DNA of 64,000 nucleotides. Origin: Eledone cirrhosa. Its lineage: Eukaryota. Where the stretch lies: contig OZ024743.1 in the NCBI GenBank assembly GCA_964016885.1, forward strand, positions 210,056,001-210,120,000. Direction: 5' to 3'. The notes below the pieces were generated by a model. That model saw nothing but the letters and a program-made list of their open reading frames with translations. It was not told where the DNA came from and made no database searches. Shown in pieces: positions 31,201 through 46,800 of the stretch. The translations under genes and the position numbers were made by a program. How positions within the stretch are numbered: the first letter of the stretch is position 1; each line of letters begins with the position of its first letter.

Positions 31201-32792
31201 ACAGTTTACTATCCTATAGCCACACATGAGAGCTCTTCACCCCATAAGATATACCACAGTTTACCATCCTATAGCCAGATGAAAGCTCTTCACTCCGTAA
31301 AATATACCACAGTTTACCATCCTATAGCCACACATGAAAGCTCTTCACTCCATAAGATATACCACAGTTTACCATCCTATAGCCACAGATGAAAGCTCTT
31401 CACCCCATAAGATATACCACAGTTTAACATCCTATAGCCACAGATGAAAGCTCTTCACTCCATACGATATACCACAGTTTACCAACCTATAGCCACAGAT
31501 GAAAGCTTTTCACTCCATAAGATATACCACAGTTTACCATCCTATAGCCACAGATGAAAGCTCTTCACCCCATAAGATATACCCCAGTTAACCATCCTAT
31601 AGCCACACATGAAAGCTCTTCACTCCATAAGATATACCACAGTTTACCATCCTATAGCCACAGATAAAAGCTCTTCACCCCATAAGATATACCACAGTTT
31701 ACCATCCTATAGCCACACATGAAAGCTCTTCACTCCATAAGATATACCACAGTTTACCATCCTATAGCCACACATGAAAGCTCTTCACTCCATAAGATAT
31801 ACCACAGTTTACCATCCTATAGCCACAGATTAAAGCTCTTCACCCCATAAGATATACCACAGTTTACCATCCTATAGCCACAGATGAAAGCTCTTCACCC
31901 CATGAGACATACCACAGTTTACCATCCTATAGCCACACATGAAAGCTCTTCACTCCATAAGATATACCACAGTTTACCATCCTATAGCCACACATGAAAG
32001 CTCTTCACGCCATAAGATATACCTCAGTTTACGATCCTATAGCCACAGATGAAAGCTCTTCACTCCATAAGATATACCACAGTTTACCATCCTATAGCCA
32101 CAGATGAAAGCTCTTCACTCCATAAGATATACCACAGTTTACCATGCTATAGCCACAGATGAAAGCTGTTCACTCCATAAGATATACAACAGTTTACCAT
32201 CCTATAGCCACAGATGAAAGCTGTTCACTCCATAAGATATACGACAGTTTACCATCCTATAGCCAGATGAAAGCTCTTCACTCCATAAGATATACCACAG
32301 TTTACCATCCTATAGCCACAGATGAAAGCTGTTCACTCCATAAGATATACCACAGTTTACCATCCTATAGCCAGATGAAAGCTCTTCATTCCATAAGATA
32401 TACCACAGTTTACCATCCTATAGCCAGATGAAAGCTCTTCACTCCATAAGATATACCACAGTTTACCATCCTATAGCCACAGATGAAAGCTCTTCACTCC
32501 ATAAGATATACCACAGTTTACCACCCTATAGCCACAGATGAAAGCTCTTCACTCCATGAGATATACCACAGTTTACCATCCTATAGCCACAGATGAAAGC
32601 TCTTCACTCCATAAGATATACCACAGTTTAACATCCTATAGCCACAGATGAAATCTCTTCACCCCATAAGATATACCACGGTTTAACATCCTATAGCCAC
32701 AGATGAAAGCTCTTCACTCCATACGATATACCACAGTTTACCATCCTATAGCCACAGATGAAAGCTCTTAACTCCATAAGATATACCACAGT

Positions 32793-35700
32793 TTACCATC
32801 CTATAGCCACAGATGAAAGCTCTTCACCCCATAAGATATACCACAGTTTACCATCCTGTAGCCACACATGAAAGCTCTTCACTCCATAAGATATACCACA
32901 GTTTACCATCCTATAGTCAAGCCACGGATGAAAGCTCTTCACTCCATAAGATATACCACAGTTTACCATCCTATAGTCACACATGAAAGCTCTTCACTCC
33001 ATAAGATATAACACAGTTTACCATCCTATAGCCAGATGAAAGCTCTTCACTCCATAAGATATACCACAGTTTACCATCCTATAGCCACAGATGAAAGCTC
33101 TTCACTCCATAAGATATACCACAGTTTACCATCCTATAGCCACAGATTAAAGCTCTTCACTCCATAAGATATACCACAGTTTACCATCCTATAGCCACAG
33201 ATGAAAGCTGTTCACTCCATAAGATATACCACAGTTTACCATCCTATAGCCACACATGAAAGCTCTTCACTCCATAAGATATACCACAGTTTACCATCCT
33301 ATAGCCACAGATGAAAGCTGTTCACTCCATAATATATACGACAGTTTAACATCCTATATCCACAGATGAAAGCTGTTCACTCCATAAGATATACGACAGT
33401 TTACCATCCTATAGCCAGATGAAAGCTCTTCACTCCATAAGATATATCACAGTTTACCATCCTATAGCCACAGATGAAAGCTGTTCACTCCATAAGATAT
33501 ACCACAGTTTACCATCCTATAGCCAGATGAAAGCTCTTCACTCCATAAGATATACCACAGTTTACCATCCTAAAGCCACAGATGAAAGCTCTTCACTCCA
33601 TAAGATATACCACAGTTTACCATCCTATAGCGACAGATGAAAGCTGTTTTCTCCATAAGATATACCACAGTTTACCATCCTATAGCCAGATGAAAGCTCT
33701 TCACTCCATAAGATATACCACAGTTTACCATCCTATAGCCACAGATGAAAGCTGTTCGCTCCATAAGATATACCACAGTTTACCATCCTATAGCCAGATG
33801 AAAGCTCTTCACTCCATAAGATATACCACAGTTTACCATCCTAAAGCCACAGATGAAAGCTCTTCACTCCATAAGATATACCACAGTTTACCATCCTATA
33901 GCCACAGATGAAAGCTCTTCACTCCATAAGATATACCACAGTTTACCATCCTAAAACCACAGATGAAAGCTCTTCACTCCATAAGATATACCACAGTTTA
34001 CCATCCTATAGCCACAGATGAAAGCTCTTCACTCCATAAGATATACCACAGTTTACCATCCTATAGCCACAGATGAAAGCTCTTCACCCCATAAGATATA
34101 CCACAGTTTACCATCCTATAGCCACACATGAAAGCTCTTCACTCCATAAGATATACCACAGTTTACCATCCTATAGCCACACATGAAAGCTCTTCACTCC
34201 ATAAGATATACCACAGTTTACCATCCTATAGCCACACATGAAAGCTCTTCACTCCATAAGATATACCACAGTTTACCATCCTATAGCCACAGATGAAAGC
34301 TCTTCACCCCATAAGATATACCACAGTTTACCATCCTATAGCCACACATGAAAGCTCTTCACCCCATCAGATATACCACAGTTTACCATCCTATTGCCAC
34401 ACATTAAAGCTCTTCACTCCATAATATATACCAGAGTTTACCATCCTATAGCCAAACATGAAAGCTCTTCACTCCATAAGATATACCACAGTTTACCATC
34501 CTATAGCCAGATGAAAGCTCTTCACTCCATAAGATATACGATAGTTTACCATCCTATAGCCACACATGAAATCTCTTCACTCCATAAGATATACCACAGT
34601 TTACCATCCTATAGCCACACATGAAAGCTCTTCACTCCATAAGATATACGTCAGTTTACAATCCTATAGCCACAGATGAAAGCTCTTCACTCCATAAGAT
34701 ATACCACAGTTTACTATCCTATAGCCACACATGAGAGCTCTTCACCCCATAAGATATACCACAGTTTACCATCCTATAGCCAGATGAAAGCTCTTCACTC
34801 CGTAAAATATACCACAGTTTACCATCCTATAGCCACACATGAAAGCTCTTCACTCCATAAGATATACCACAGTTTACCATCCTATAGCCACAGATGAAAG
34901 CTCTTCACTCCATAAGATATACCACAGTTTAACATCCTATAGCCACAGATGAAAGCTCTTCACTCCATACGATATACCACAGTTTACCATCCTATAGCCA
35001 CAGATGAAAGCTTTTCACTCCATAAGATATACCACAGTTTACCATCCTATAGCCACAGATGAAAGCTCTTCACCCCATAAGATATACCCTAGTTAACCAT
35101 CCTATAGCCACACATGAAAGCTCTTCACTCCATAAGATATACCACAGTTTACCATCCTATAGCCACAGATAAAAGCTCTTCACCCCATAAGATATACCAC
35201 AGTTTACCATCCTATAGCCACACATGAAAGCTCTTCACTCCATAAGATATACCACAGTTTACCATCCTATAGCCACGCATGAAAGCTCTTCACTCCATAA
35301 GATATACCACAGTTTACCATCCTATAGCCACAGATGAAAGCTCTTCACCCCATAAGATATACCACAGTTTACCATCCTATAGCCACAGATGAAAGCTCTT
35401 CACCCCATGAGACATACCACAGTTTACCATCCTATAGCCACACATGAAAGCTCTTCACTCCATAAGATATACCACAGTTTACCATCCTATAGCCACACAT
35501 GAAAGCTCTTCAGGCCATAAGATATACCTCAGTTTACCATCCTATAGCCACAGATGAAAGCTCTTCACTCCATAAGATATACCACAGTTTACCATCCTAT
35601 AGCCACAGATGAAAGCTCTTCACTCCATAAGATATACCACAGTTTACCATGCTATAGCCACAGATGAAAGCTGTTCACTCCATAAGATATACGACAGTTT

Positions 35701-36297
35701 ACCATCCTATAGCCACAGATGAAAGCTGTTCACTCCATCAGATATACGACTGTTTACCATCCTATAGCCAGATGAAAGCTCTTCACTCCATAAGATATAC
35801 CACAGTTTACCATCCTATAGCCACAGATGAAAGCTGTTCACTCCATAAGATATACCACAGTTTACCATCCTATAGCCAGATGAAAGCTCTTCATTCCATA
35901 AGATATACCACAGTTTACCATCCTATAGCCAGATGAAAGCTCTTCACTCCATAAGATATACCACAGTTTACCATCCTATAGCCACAGATGAAAGCTCTTC
36001 ACTCCATAAGATATACCACAGTTTACCACCCTATAGCCACAGATGAAAGCTCTTCACTCCATGAGATATACCACAGTTTACCATCCTATAGCCACAGATG
36101 AAAGCTCTTCACTCCATAAGATATACCACAGTTTAACATCCTATAGCCACAGATGAAAGCTCTTCACCCCATAAGATATACCACGGTTTAACATCCTATA
36201 GCCACAGATGAAAGCTCTTCACTCCATACGATATACCACAGTTTACCATCCTATAGCCACAGATGAAAGCTCTTAACTCCATAAGATATACCACAGT
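32793..36297 (+). repeat. 3,505-bp higher-order repeat copy, last one of the left domain (preceded by a partial copy at about 30.5-32.8 kb)
   Basis: Offsets 30889->34394, 31171->34676 and 32159->35664 are all 3,505, with the same variant order. Confidence 0.87.
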
Positions 36298-39207
36298 TTA
36301 CCATCCTATAGCCACAGATGAAAGCTCTTCACCCCATAAGATATACCCCAGTTTACCATCCTATAGCCACACATGAAAGCTCTTCACTCCATAAGATATA
36401 TCAAAGTTTACCATCCTATAGCCACAGATAAAAGCTCTTCACCCCATAAGATATACCACAGTTTACCATCCTATAGCCACACATGAAAGCTCTTCACTCC
36501 ATAAGATATACCACAGTTTACCATCCTATAGCCACACATGAAAGCTCTTCACTCCATAAGATATACCACAGTTTACCATCCTATAGCCACAGATGAAATC
36601 TCTTCACTCCATAAGATATACCACAGTTTACCATCCTATAGCCACACATGAAAGCTCTTCACTCCATAAGATATACCACAGTTTACCATCCTATAGCCAC
36701 AGATGAAAGCTCTTCACCCCATAAGATATACCACAGTTTACCATCCTATAGCCACAGATGAAAGCTCTTCACCCCATGAGATATACCACAGTTTACCATC
36801 CTATAGCCACACATGAAAGCTCTTCACTCCATAAGATATACCACAGTTTACCATCCTATAGCCACACGTGAAAGCTCTTCACTCCATAAGATATACCACA
36901 GTTTACCATCCTATAGCCACACATGAAAGCTCTTCACTCCATAAGATATACCACAGTTTACCATCCTATAGCCACAGATGAAAGCTCTTCACCCCATAAG
37001 ATATACCACAGTTTACCATCCTATAGCCACACATGAAAGCTCTTCACGCCATAAGATATACCTCAGTTTACCATCCTATAGCCACAGATGAAAGCTCTTC
37101 ACTCCTTAAGATATACCACAGTTTACCTTCCTATAGCCACAGATGAAAGCTCTTCACTCCATAAGATATACCACAGTTTACAATGCTATAGCCACAGATG
37201 AAAGCTGTTCACTCCATAAGATATACGACAGTTTACCATCCTATAGCCACAGATGAAAGCTCTTCACTCCATAAGATATACCACAGTTTACCATCCTATA
37301 GCCACAGATGAAAGCTCTTCACTCCATAAGATATACCACAGTTTAACATCCTATAGCCACAGATGAAAGCTCTTCACTCCATACGATATACCACAGTTTA
37401 CCATCCTATAGCCACAGATGAAAGCTTTTCACTCCATAAGATATACCACAGTTTACCATCCTATAGCCACAGATGAAAGCTCTTCACCCCATAAGATATA
37501 CCCCAGTTAACCATCCTATAGCCACACATGAAAGCTCTTCACTCCATAAGATATACCACAGTTTACCATCCTATAGCCACAGATAAAAGCTCTTCACCCC
37601 ATAAGATATACCACAGTTTACCATTCTATAGCCACACTTGAAAGCTCTTCACTCCATAAGATATACCACAGTTTACCATCCTATAGCCACACATGAAAGC
37701 TCTTCACTCCATAAGATATACCACAGTTTACCATCCTATAGCCACAGATGAAAGCTCTTCACCCCATAAGATATACCCCAGTTTACCATCCTATAGCCAC
37801 ACATGAAAGCTCTTCACTCCATAAGATATATCAAAGTTTACCATCCTATAGCCACAGATAAAAGCTCTTCACCCCATAAGATATACCACAGTTTACCATC
37901 CTATAGCCACACATGAAAGCTCTTCACTCCATAAGATATACCACAGTTTACCATCCTATAGCCACACATGAAAGCTCTTCACTCCATAAGATATACCACA
38001 GTTTACCATCCTATAGCCACAGATGAAATCTCTTCACTCCATAAGATATACCACAGTTTACCATCCTATAGCCACACATGAAAGCTCTTCACTCCATAAG
38101 ATATACCACAGTTTACCATCCTATAGCCACAGATGAAAGCTCTTCACCCCATAAGATATACCACAGTTTACCATCCTATAGCCACAGATGAAAGCTCTTC
38201 ACCCCATGAGATATACCACAGTTTACCATCCTATAGCCACACATGAAAGCTCTTCACTCCATAAGATATACCACAGTTTACCATCCTATAGCCACACGTG
38301 AAAGCTCTTCACTCCATAAGATATACCACAGTTTACCATCCTATAGCCACACATGAAAGCTCTTCACTCCATAAGATATACCACAGTTTACCATCCTATA
38401 GCCACAGATGAAAGCTCTTCACCCCATAAGATATACCACAGTTTACCATCCTATAGCCACACATGAAAGCTCTTCACGCCATAAGATATACCTCAGTTTA
38501 CCATCCTATAGCCACAGATGAAAGCTCTTCACTCCTTAAGATATACCACAGTTTACCTTCCTATAGCCACAGATGAAAGCTCTTCACTCCATAAGATATA
38601 CCACAGTTTACAATGCTATAGCCACAGATGAAAGCTGTTCACTCCATAAGATATACGACAGTTTACCATCCTATAGCCACAGATGAAAGCTCTTCACTCC
38701 ATAAGATATACCACAGTTTACCATCCTATAGCCACAGATGAAAGCTCTTCACTCCATAAGATATACCACAGTTTAACATCCTATAGCCACAGATGAAAGC
38801 TCTTCACTCCATACGATATACCACAGTTTACCATCCTATAGCCACAGATGAAAGCTTTTCACTCCATAAGATATACCACAGTTTACCATCCTATAGCCAC
38901 AGATGAAAGCTCTTCACCCCATAAGATATACCCCAGTTAACCATCCTATAGCCACACATGAAAGCTCTTCACTCCATAAGATATACCACAGTTTACCATC
39001 CTATAGCCACAGATAAAAGCTCTTCACCCCATAAGATATACCACAGTTTACCATTCTATAGCCACACTTGAAAGCTCTTCACTCCATAAGATATACCACA
39101 GTTTACCATCCTATAGCCACACATGAAAGCTCTTCACTCCATAAGATATACCACAGTTTACCATCCTATAGCCACAGATGAAAGCTCTTCACCCCATAAG
39201 ATATACC
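36276..39207 (+). repeat. Tandem duplication of a 1,430-bp block (26 x 55 bp)
   Basis: Markers TATCAAAG (36399/37829), CACGTG (36865/38295), CCTTAAG (about 37104/38534) and CATTCTATAGCCACACTTG (37622/39052) each recur at +1,430. Confidence 0.92.
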
Positions 39208-40899
39208 ACAGTTTACCATCCTATAGCCACAGATGAAAGCTCTTCACCCCATGAGACATACCACAGTTTACCATCCTATAGCCACACATGAAAACTCTTC
39301 ACTCCATAAGATATACCACAGTTTACCATCCTATAGCCACACATGAAAGCTCTTCACGCCATAAGATATACCTCAGTTTACCATCCTATAGCCACAGATG
39401 AAAGCTCTTCACTCCATAAGATATACCACAGTTTACCATCCTATAGCCACAGATGAAAGCTCTTCACTCCATAAGATATACCACAGTTTACCATGCTATA
39501 GCCACAGATGAAAGCTGTTCACTCCATAAGATATACGACAGTTTACCATCCTATAGCCACAGATGAAAGCTGTTCACTCCATGAGATATACGACAGTTTA
39601 CCATCCTATAGCCAGATGAAAGCTCTTCACTCCATAAGATATACCACAGTTTACCATCCTATAGCCACAGATGAAAGCTGTTCACTCCATAAGATATACC
39701 ACAGTTTACCATCCTATAGCCAGATGAAAGCTCTTCATTCCATAAGATATACCACAGTTTACCATCCTATAGCCAGATGAAAGCTCTTCACTCCATAAGA
39801 TATACCACAGTTTACCATCCTATAGCCACAGATGAAAGCTCTTCACTCCATAAGATATACCACAGTTTACCACCCTATAGCCACAGATAAAAGCTCTTCA
39901 CTCCATGAGATATACCACAGTTTACCATCCTATAGCCACAGATGAAAGCTCTTCACTCCATAAGATATACCACAGTTTAACATCCTATAGCCACAGATGA
40001 AAGCTCTTCACCCCATAAGATATACCACGTTTTAACATCCTATAGCCACAGATGAAGGCTCTTCACTCCATACGATATACCACAGTTTACCATCCTATAG
40101 CCACAGATGAAAGCTCTTAACTCCATAAGATATACCACAGTTTACCATCCTATAGCCACAGATGAAAGCTCTTCACCCCATAAGATATACCCCAGTTTAC
40201 CATCCTATAGCCACACATGAAAGCTCTTCACTCCATAAGATATACCAAAGTTTACCATCCTATAGCCACAGATAAAAGCTCTTCACCCCATAAGATATAC
40301 CACAGTTTACCATCCTATAGCCACACATGAAAGCTCTTCACTCCATAAGATATACCACAGTTTACCATCCTATAGCCACACATGAAAGCTCTTCACTCCA
40401 TAAGATATACCACAGTTTACCATCCTATAGCCACACATGAAAGCTCTTCACTCCATAAGATATACCACAGTTTACCATCCTATAGCCACAGATGAAAGCT
40501 CTTCACCCCATAAGATATACCACAGTTTACCATCCTATAGCCACAGATGAAAGCTCTTCACCCCATGAGATATACCACAGTTTACCATCCTATAGCCACA
40601 CATGAAAGCTCTTCACTCCATAAGATATACCACAGTTTACCATCCTATAGCCACACATGAAAGCTCTTCACTCCATAAGATATACCACAGTTTACCATCC
40701 TATAGCCACACATGAAAGCTCTTCACGCCATAAGATATACCTCAGTTTACCATCCTATAGCCACAGATGAAAGCTCTTCACTCCATAAGATATACCACAG
40801 TTTACCTTCCTATAGCCACAGATGAAAGCTCTTCACTCCATAAGATATACCACAGTTTACCATCCTATAGCCACAGATGAAAGCTGTTCACTCCATAAG

Positions 40900-43800
40900 A
40901 TATACCACAGTTTACCATCCTATAGCCAGATGAAAGCTCTTCACTCCATAAGATATACCACAGTTTACCATCCTATATCCAGATGAAAGCTCTTCACTCC
41001 ATAAGATATACCACAGTTTACCATCCTATAGCCACAGATGAAAGCTCTTCACTCCATAAGATACACCACAGTTTACCACCCTATAGCCACAGATGAAAGC
41101 TCTTCACTCCATAAGATATACCACAGTTTACCATCCTATAGCCACAGATGAAAGCTCTTCACTCCATAAGATATACCACAGTTTACCATCCTATAGCCAC
41201 AGATGAAAGCTCTTCATCCATAAGATATACCACAGTTTACCATCCTATAGCCACAGATGAAATCTCTTCACCCATAAGATACACCACAGTTTACCATCCT
41301 ATAGCCACACAGGAAAGCTCTTCACTCCATAAGATATACCACAGTTTACCATTCTATAGCCACAGATGAAAGCTCTTCACCCCATAAGATATACCACAGT
41401 TTACCATCCTATAGCCACACATGAAAGCTCTTCCCCCCATAAGATATACCACAGTTTACCATCCTATTGCCACACATGAAAGTTCTTCACTCGATAAGAT
41501 ATACCACAGTTTACCATCCTATAGCCACACATGAGAGCTCTTCACTCCATAAGATATACCACAGTTTACCATCCTATAGCAAGATGAAAGCTCTTCACTC
41601 CATAAGATATACGACAGTTTACCATCCTATAGCCACACATGAAAACTCTTCAATCCATAAGATATACCTCAGTTTACCATCTTATAGCCACAGATGAAAG
41701 CTCTTCACTCCATAAGATATACCACGGTTTACCATCCTATAGCCACACATGAAAGCTCTTCACGCCATAAGATATACCTCAGTTTACCATCCTATAGCCA
41801 CAGATGAAAGCTCTTCACTCCATAAGATATACCACAGTTTACCATCCTATAGCCACACATGAGAGCTCTTCACTCCATAAGATATACCACAGTTTACCAT
41901 CCTATAGCCACACATGAAAGCTCTTCACTCCATAAGATATACCACAGTTCACCATCCTATAGCCACACATGAGAGCTCTTCACCCCATAAGATATACCTC
42001 AGTTTACCATCCTATAGCCACACATGAAAGCTCTTCACTCCATAAGATATACCACAGTTTACCATCCTATGGCCACACATGAAAGCTCTTCACCACATAA
42101 GATATACCACAGTTTACCATCCTATAGCCACACATGAAAGCTCTTCACTCCATAAGATATACCACAGTTTACCATCCTATAGCCAGATGAAAGCTCTTCA
42201 CTCCATAAGATATAACATAGCTTACCATCCTACAGCCACACATGAAAGCTCTTCACTCCATAAGATATACCACAGTTTACCATCCTATAGCCACACATGA
42301 AAGCTCTTCACTCCATAAGATATACCACAGTTTACCATCCTATAGCCACACATGAAAGCTCTTCACTCCATAAGATATACCACAGTTTACCATCCTATAG
42401 CCAGATGAAAGCTCTTCAGTCCATAAGATATACCACAGTTTACCATCCTATAGCCACACATGAAAGCTCTTCACTCCATAAGATATACCACAGTTTACAT
42501 TCCTATAGCCACACATGAAAGTTCTTCACTCGATAAGATATACCACAGTTTACCATCCTATAGCCAGATGAAAGCTCTTCACTCCATAAGATATACCACA
42601 GTTTACCATCCTATAGCCACACATGAAAGCTCTTCACTCCATAAGATATACCACAGTTTACATTCCTACAGCCACACATGAAAGCTCTTCACTCCATAAG
42701 ATATACCACAGTTTACCATCCTATAGCCACACATGAAAGCTCTTCAATCCATAAGATATACCTCAGTTTACCATCCTATAGCCACAGATGAAAGCTCTTC
42801 ACTCCATAAGATATACCACAGTTTACCATCCTATAGCCACACATGAAAGCTCTTCAATCCATAAGATATACCTCAGTTTACCATCCTATAGCCACAGATG
42901 AAAGCTCTTCACTCCATAAGATATACCACAGTTTACCATCCTATAGCCACACATGAAAGCTCTTCAATCCATAAGATATACTTCAGTTTACCATCCTATA
43001 GCCACAGATGAAAGCTCTTCACTCCATAAGATATACCACAGTTTACCATCCTATAGCCACAGATGAAAGCTCATCACTCCATAAGATATACCACAGTTTA
43101 CCATCCTATGGCCACACATGAAAGCTCTTCACCCCATAAGATATACCTCAGTTTAGCATCCTATAGCCACAGATGAAAGCTCTTGACTCCATAAGATATA
43201 CCACAGTTTACCATCCTATAGCCACACATGAAAGTTCTTCACTCGATAAGATATACCACAGTTTCCCATCCTATAGCCACACATGAAAGCTCTTCACTCC
43301 ATAAGATATACCACAGTTTACCATCCTATAGACAGATGAAAGCTCTTCACTCCATAAGATATACGACAGTTTACCCTCCTATAGCCACACATGAAAGCTC
43401 TTCAATCCATAAGATATACCCCAGTTTACCATCCTATAGCCAGATGAAAGCTCTTCACTCCATAAGATATACCACAGTTTACCACCCTATAGCCACAGAT
43501 GAAAGCTCTTCACTCCATAAGATATACCACAGTTTACCATCCTATAGCCACAGATGAAAGCTCTTCACTCCATAAGATATACCACAGTTTACCATGCTAT
43601 AGCCACAGATGAAAGCTGTTCACTCCATAAGATATACGACAGTTTACCATCCTATAGCCACAGATGAAAGCTGTTCACTCCATAAGATATACGACAGTTT
43701 ACCATCCTATAGCCAGATGAAAGCTCTTCACTCCATAAGATATACCACAGTTTACCATCCTATAGCCACAGATGAAAGCTGTTCACTCCATAAGATATAC

Positions 43801-46800
43801 CACAGTTTACCATCCTATAGCCAGATGAAAGCTCTTCATTCCATAAGATATACCACAGTTTACCATCCTATAGCCAGATGAAAGCTCTTCCCTCCATAAG
43901 ATATACCACAGTTTACCATCCTATAGCCACAGATGAAAGCTCTTCACTCCATAAGATATACCACAGTTTACCACCCTATAGCCACAGATAAAAGCTCTTC
44001 ACTCCATGAGATATACCACAGTTTACCATCCTATAGCCACAGATGAAAGCTCTTCACTCCATAAGATATACCACAGTTTAACATCCTATAGCCACAGATG
44101 AAAGCTGTTCACCCCATAAGATATACCACGGTTTAACATACTATAGCCACAGATGAAAGCTCTTCACTCCATACGATATACCACAGTTTACCATCCTATA
44201 GCCACAGATGAAAGCTCTTCACTCCATAAGATATACCACAGTTTACCATCCTATAGCCACAGATGAAAGCTCTTCACCCCATAAGATATACCCCAGTTTA
44301 CCATCCTATAGCCACACATGAAAGCTCTTCACTCCATAAGATATACCAAAGTTTACCATCCTATAGCCACACATGAAAGCTCTTCACTCCATAAGATATA
44401 CCACAGTTTACCATCCTATAGCCACACATGAAAGCTCTTCACTCCATAAGATATACCACAGTTTACCATCCTATAGCCACAGATGAAAGCTCTTCACCCC
44501 ATAAGATATACCACAGTTTACCATCCTATAGCCACAGATGAAAGCTCTTCACCCCATGAGATATACCACAGTTTACCATCCTATAGCCACACATGAAAGC
44601 TCTTCACTCCATAAGATATACCACAGTTTACCATCCTATAGCCACACATGAAAGCTCTTCACTCCATAAGATATACCACAGTTTACCATCCTATAGCCAC
44701 ACATGAAAGCTCTTCACGCCATAAGATATACCTCTGTTTACCATCCTATAGCCACAGATGAAAGCTCTTCACTCCATAAGATATACCACAGTTTACCTTC
44801 CTATAGCCACAGATGAAAGCTCTTCACTCCATAAGATATACCACAGTTTACAATGCTATAGCCACAGATGAAAGCTGTTCACTCCATAAGATATACGACA
44901 GTTTACCATCCTATAGCCACAGATGAAAGCTGTTCACTCCATAAGATATACGACAGTTTACCATCCTATAGCCAGATGAAAGCTCTTCACTCCATAAGAT
45001 ATACCACAGTTTACCATCCTATAGCCACAGATGAAAGCTGTTCACTCCATAAGATATACCACAGTTTACCATCCTATAGCCAGATGAAAGCTCTTCACTC
45101 CATAACATATACCACAGTTTACCATCCGATAGCCAGATGAAAGCTCTTCACTCCATAAGATATACCACAGTTTACCATCCTATAGCCACAGATGAAAGCT
45201 CTTCACTCCATAAGATATACCACAGTTTACCACCCTATAGCCACAGATGAAAGCTCTTCACTCCATAAGATATACCACAGTTTACCATCCTATAGCCACA
45301 GATGAAAGCTCTTCACTCCATAAGATATACCACAGTTTACCATCCTATAGCCACAGATGAAAGCTCTTCATCCATAAGATATACCACAGTTTACCATCCT
45401 ATAGCCACAGATGAAATCTCTTCACCCATAAGATATACCACAGTTTACCATCCTATAGCCACACATGAAAGCTCTTCACTCCATAAGATATACCACAGTT
45501 TACCATCCTATAGCCACAGATGAAAGCTCTTCACTCCATAAGATATACCACAGTTTACCATCCTATAGCCACACATGAAAGCTCTTCACTCCATAAGATA
45601 TACCACAGTTTACCATCCTATAACCACAGATGAAAGCACTTCACTCCATAAGATATACCACAGTTTACCATCCTATAGCCACACATGAAAGCTCTTCACT
45701 CCATAAGATATACCACAGTTTACCATCCTATAGCCACAGATGAAAGCTCTTCACCCCATAAGATATACCACAGTTTACCATCCTATAGCCACAGATGAAA
45801 GCTGTTCACTCCATAAGATATACGACAGTTTACCATCCTATAGCCAGATGAAAGCTCTTCACTCCATAAGATATACCACAGTTTACCATCCTATAGCCAC
45901 AGATGAAAGCTGTTCACTCCATAAGATATACCACAGTTTACCATCCTATAGCCAGATGAAAGCTCTTCACTCCGTAACATATACCACAGTTTACCATCCT
46001 ATAGCCACACATGAAAGCTCTTCACTCCATAAGATATACCACAGTTTACCATCCTATAGCCACACAGGAAAGCTCTTCACTCCATAAGATATACCACAGT
46101 TTACCATCCTATAGCCACAGATGAAAGCTCTTCACCCCATAAGATATACCACAGTTTACCATCCTATAGCCACAGATGAAAGCTCTTCACCCCATGAGAC
46201 ATACCACAGTTTACCATCCTATAGCCACACATGAAAGCTCTTCACTCCATAAGATATACCACAGTTTACCATCCTATAGCCCACACATGAAAGCTCTTCA
46301 CGCCATAAGATATACCTCAGTTTACCATCCTATAGCCACAGATGAAAGCTCTTCACTCCATAAGATATACCACAGTTTACCATCCTATAGCCACAGATGA
46401 AAGCTCTTCACTCCATAAGATATACCACAGTTTACCATGCTATAGCCACAGATGAAAGCTGTTCACTCCATAAGATATACGACAGTTTACCATCCTATAG
46501 CCACAGATGAAAGCTGTTCACTCCATAAGATATACGACAGTTTACCATCCTATAGCCAGATGAAAGCTCTTCACTCCATAAGATATACCACAGTTTACCA
46601 TCCTATAACCACAGATGAAAGCTGTTCACTCCATAAGATATACCACAGTTTACCATCCTATAGCCAGATGAAAGCTCTTCATTCCATAAGATATACCACA
46701 GTTTACCATCCTATAGCCAGATGAAAGCTCTTCACTCCATAAGATATACCACAGTTTACCATCCTATAGCCACAGATGAAAGCTCTTCACTCCATAAGAT

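Noticed and set aside
8088-32984. Minus-strand 63-aa ORFs (MCDYRMVNCGISYGVKSF...)
   Set aside because: These are by-products of the GTCACAC, 60-bp and CTGTAG variant monomers in each HOR copy. They are useful only as positional markers.
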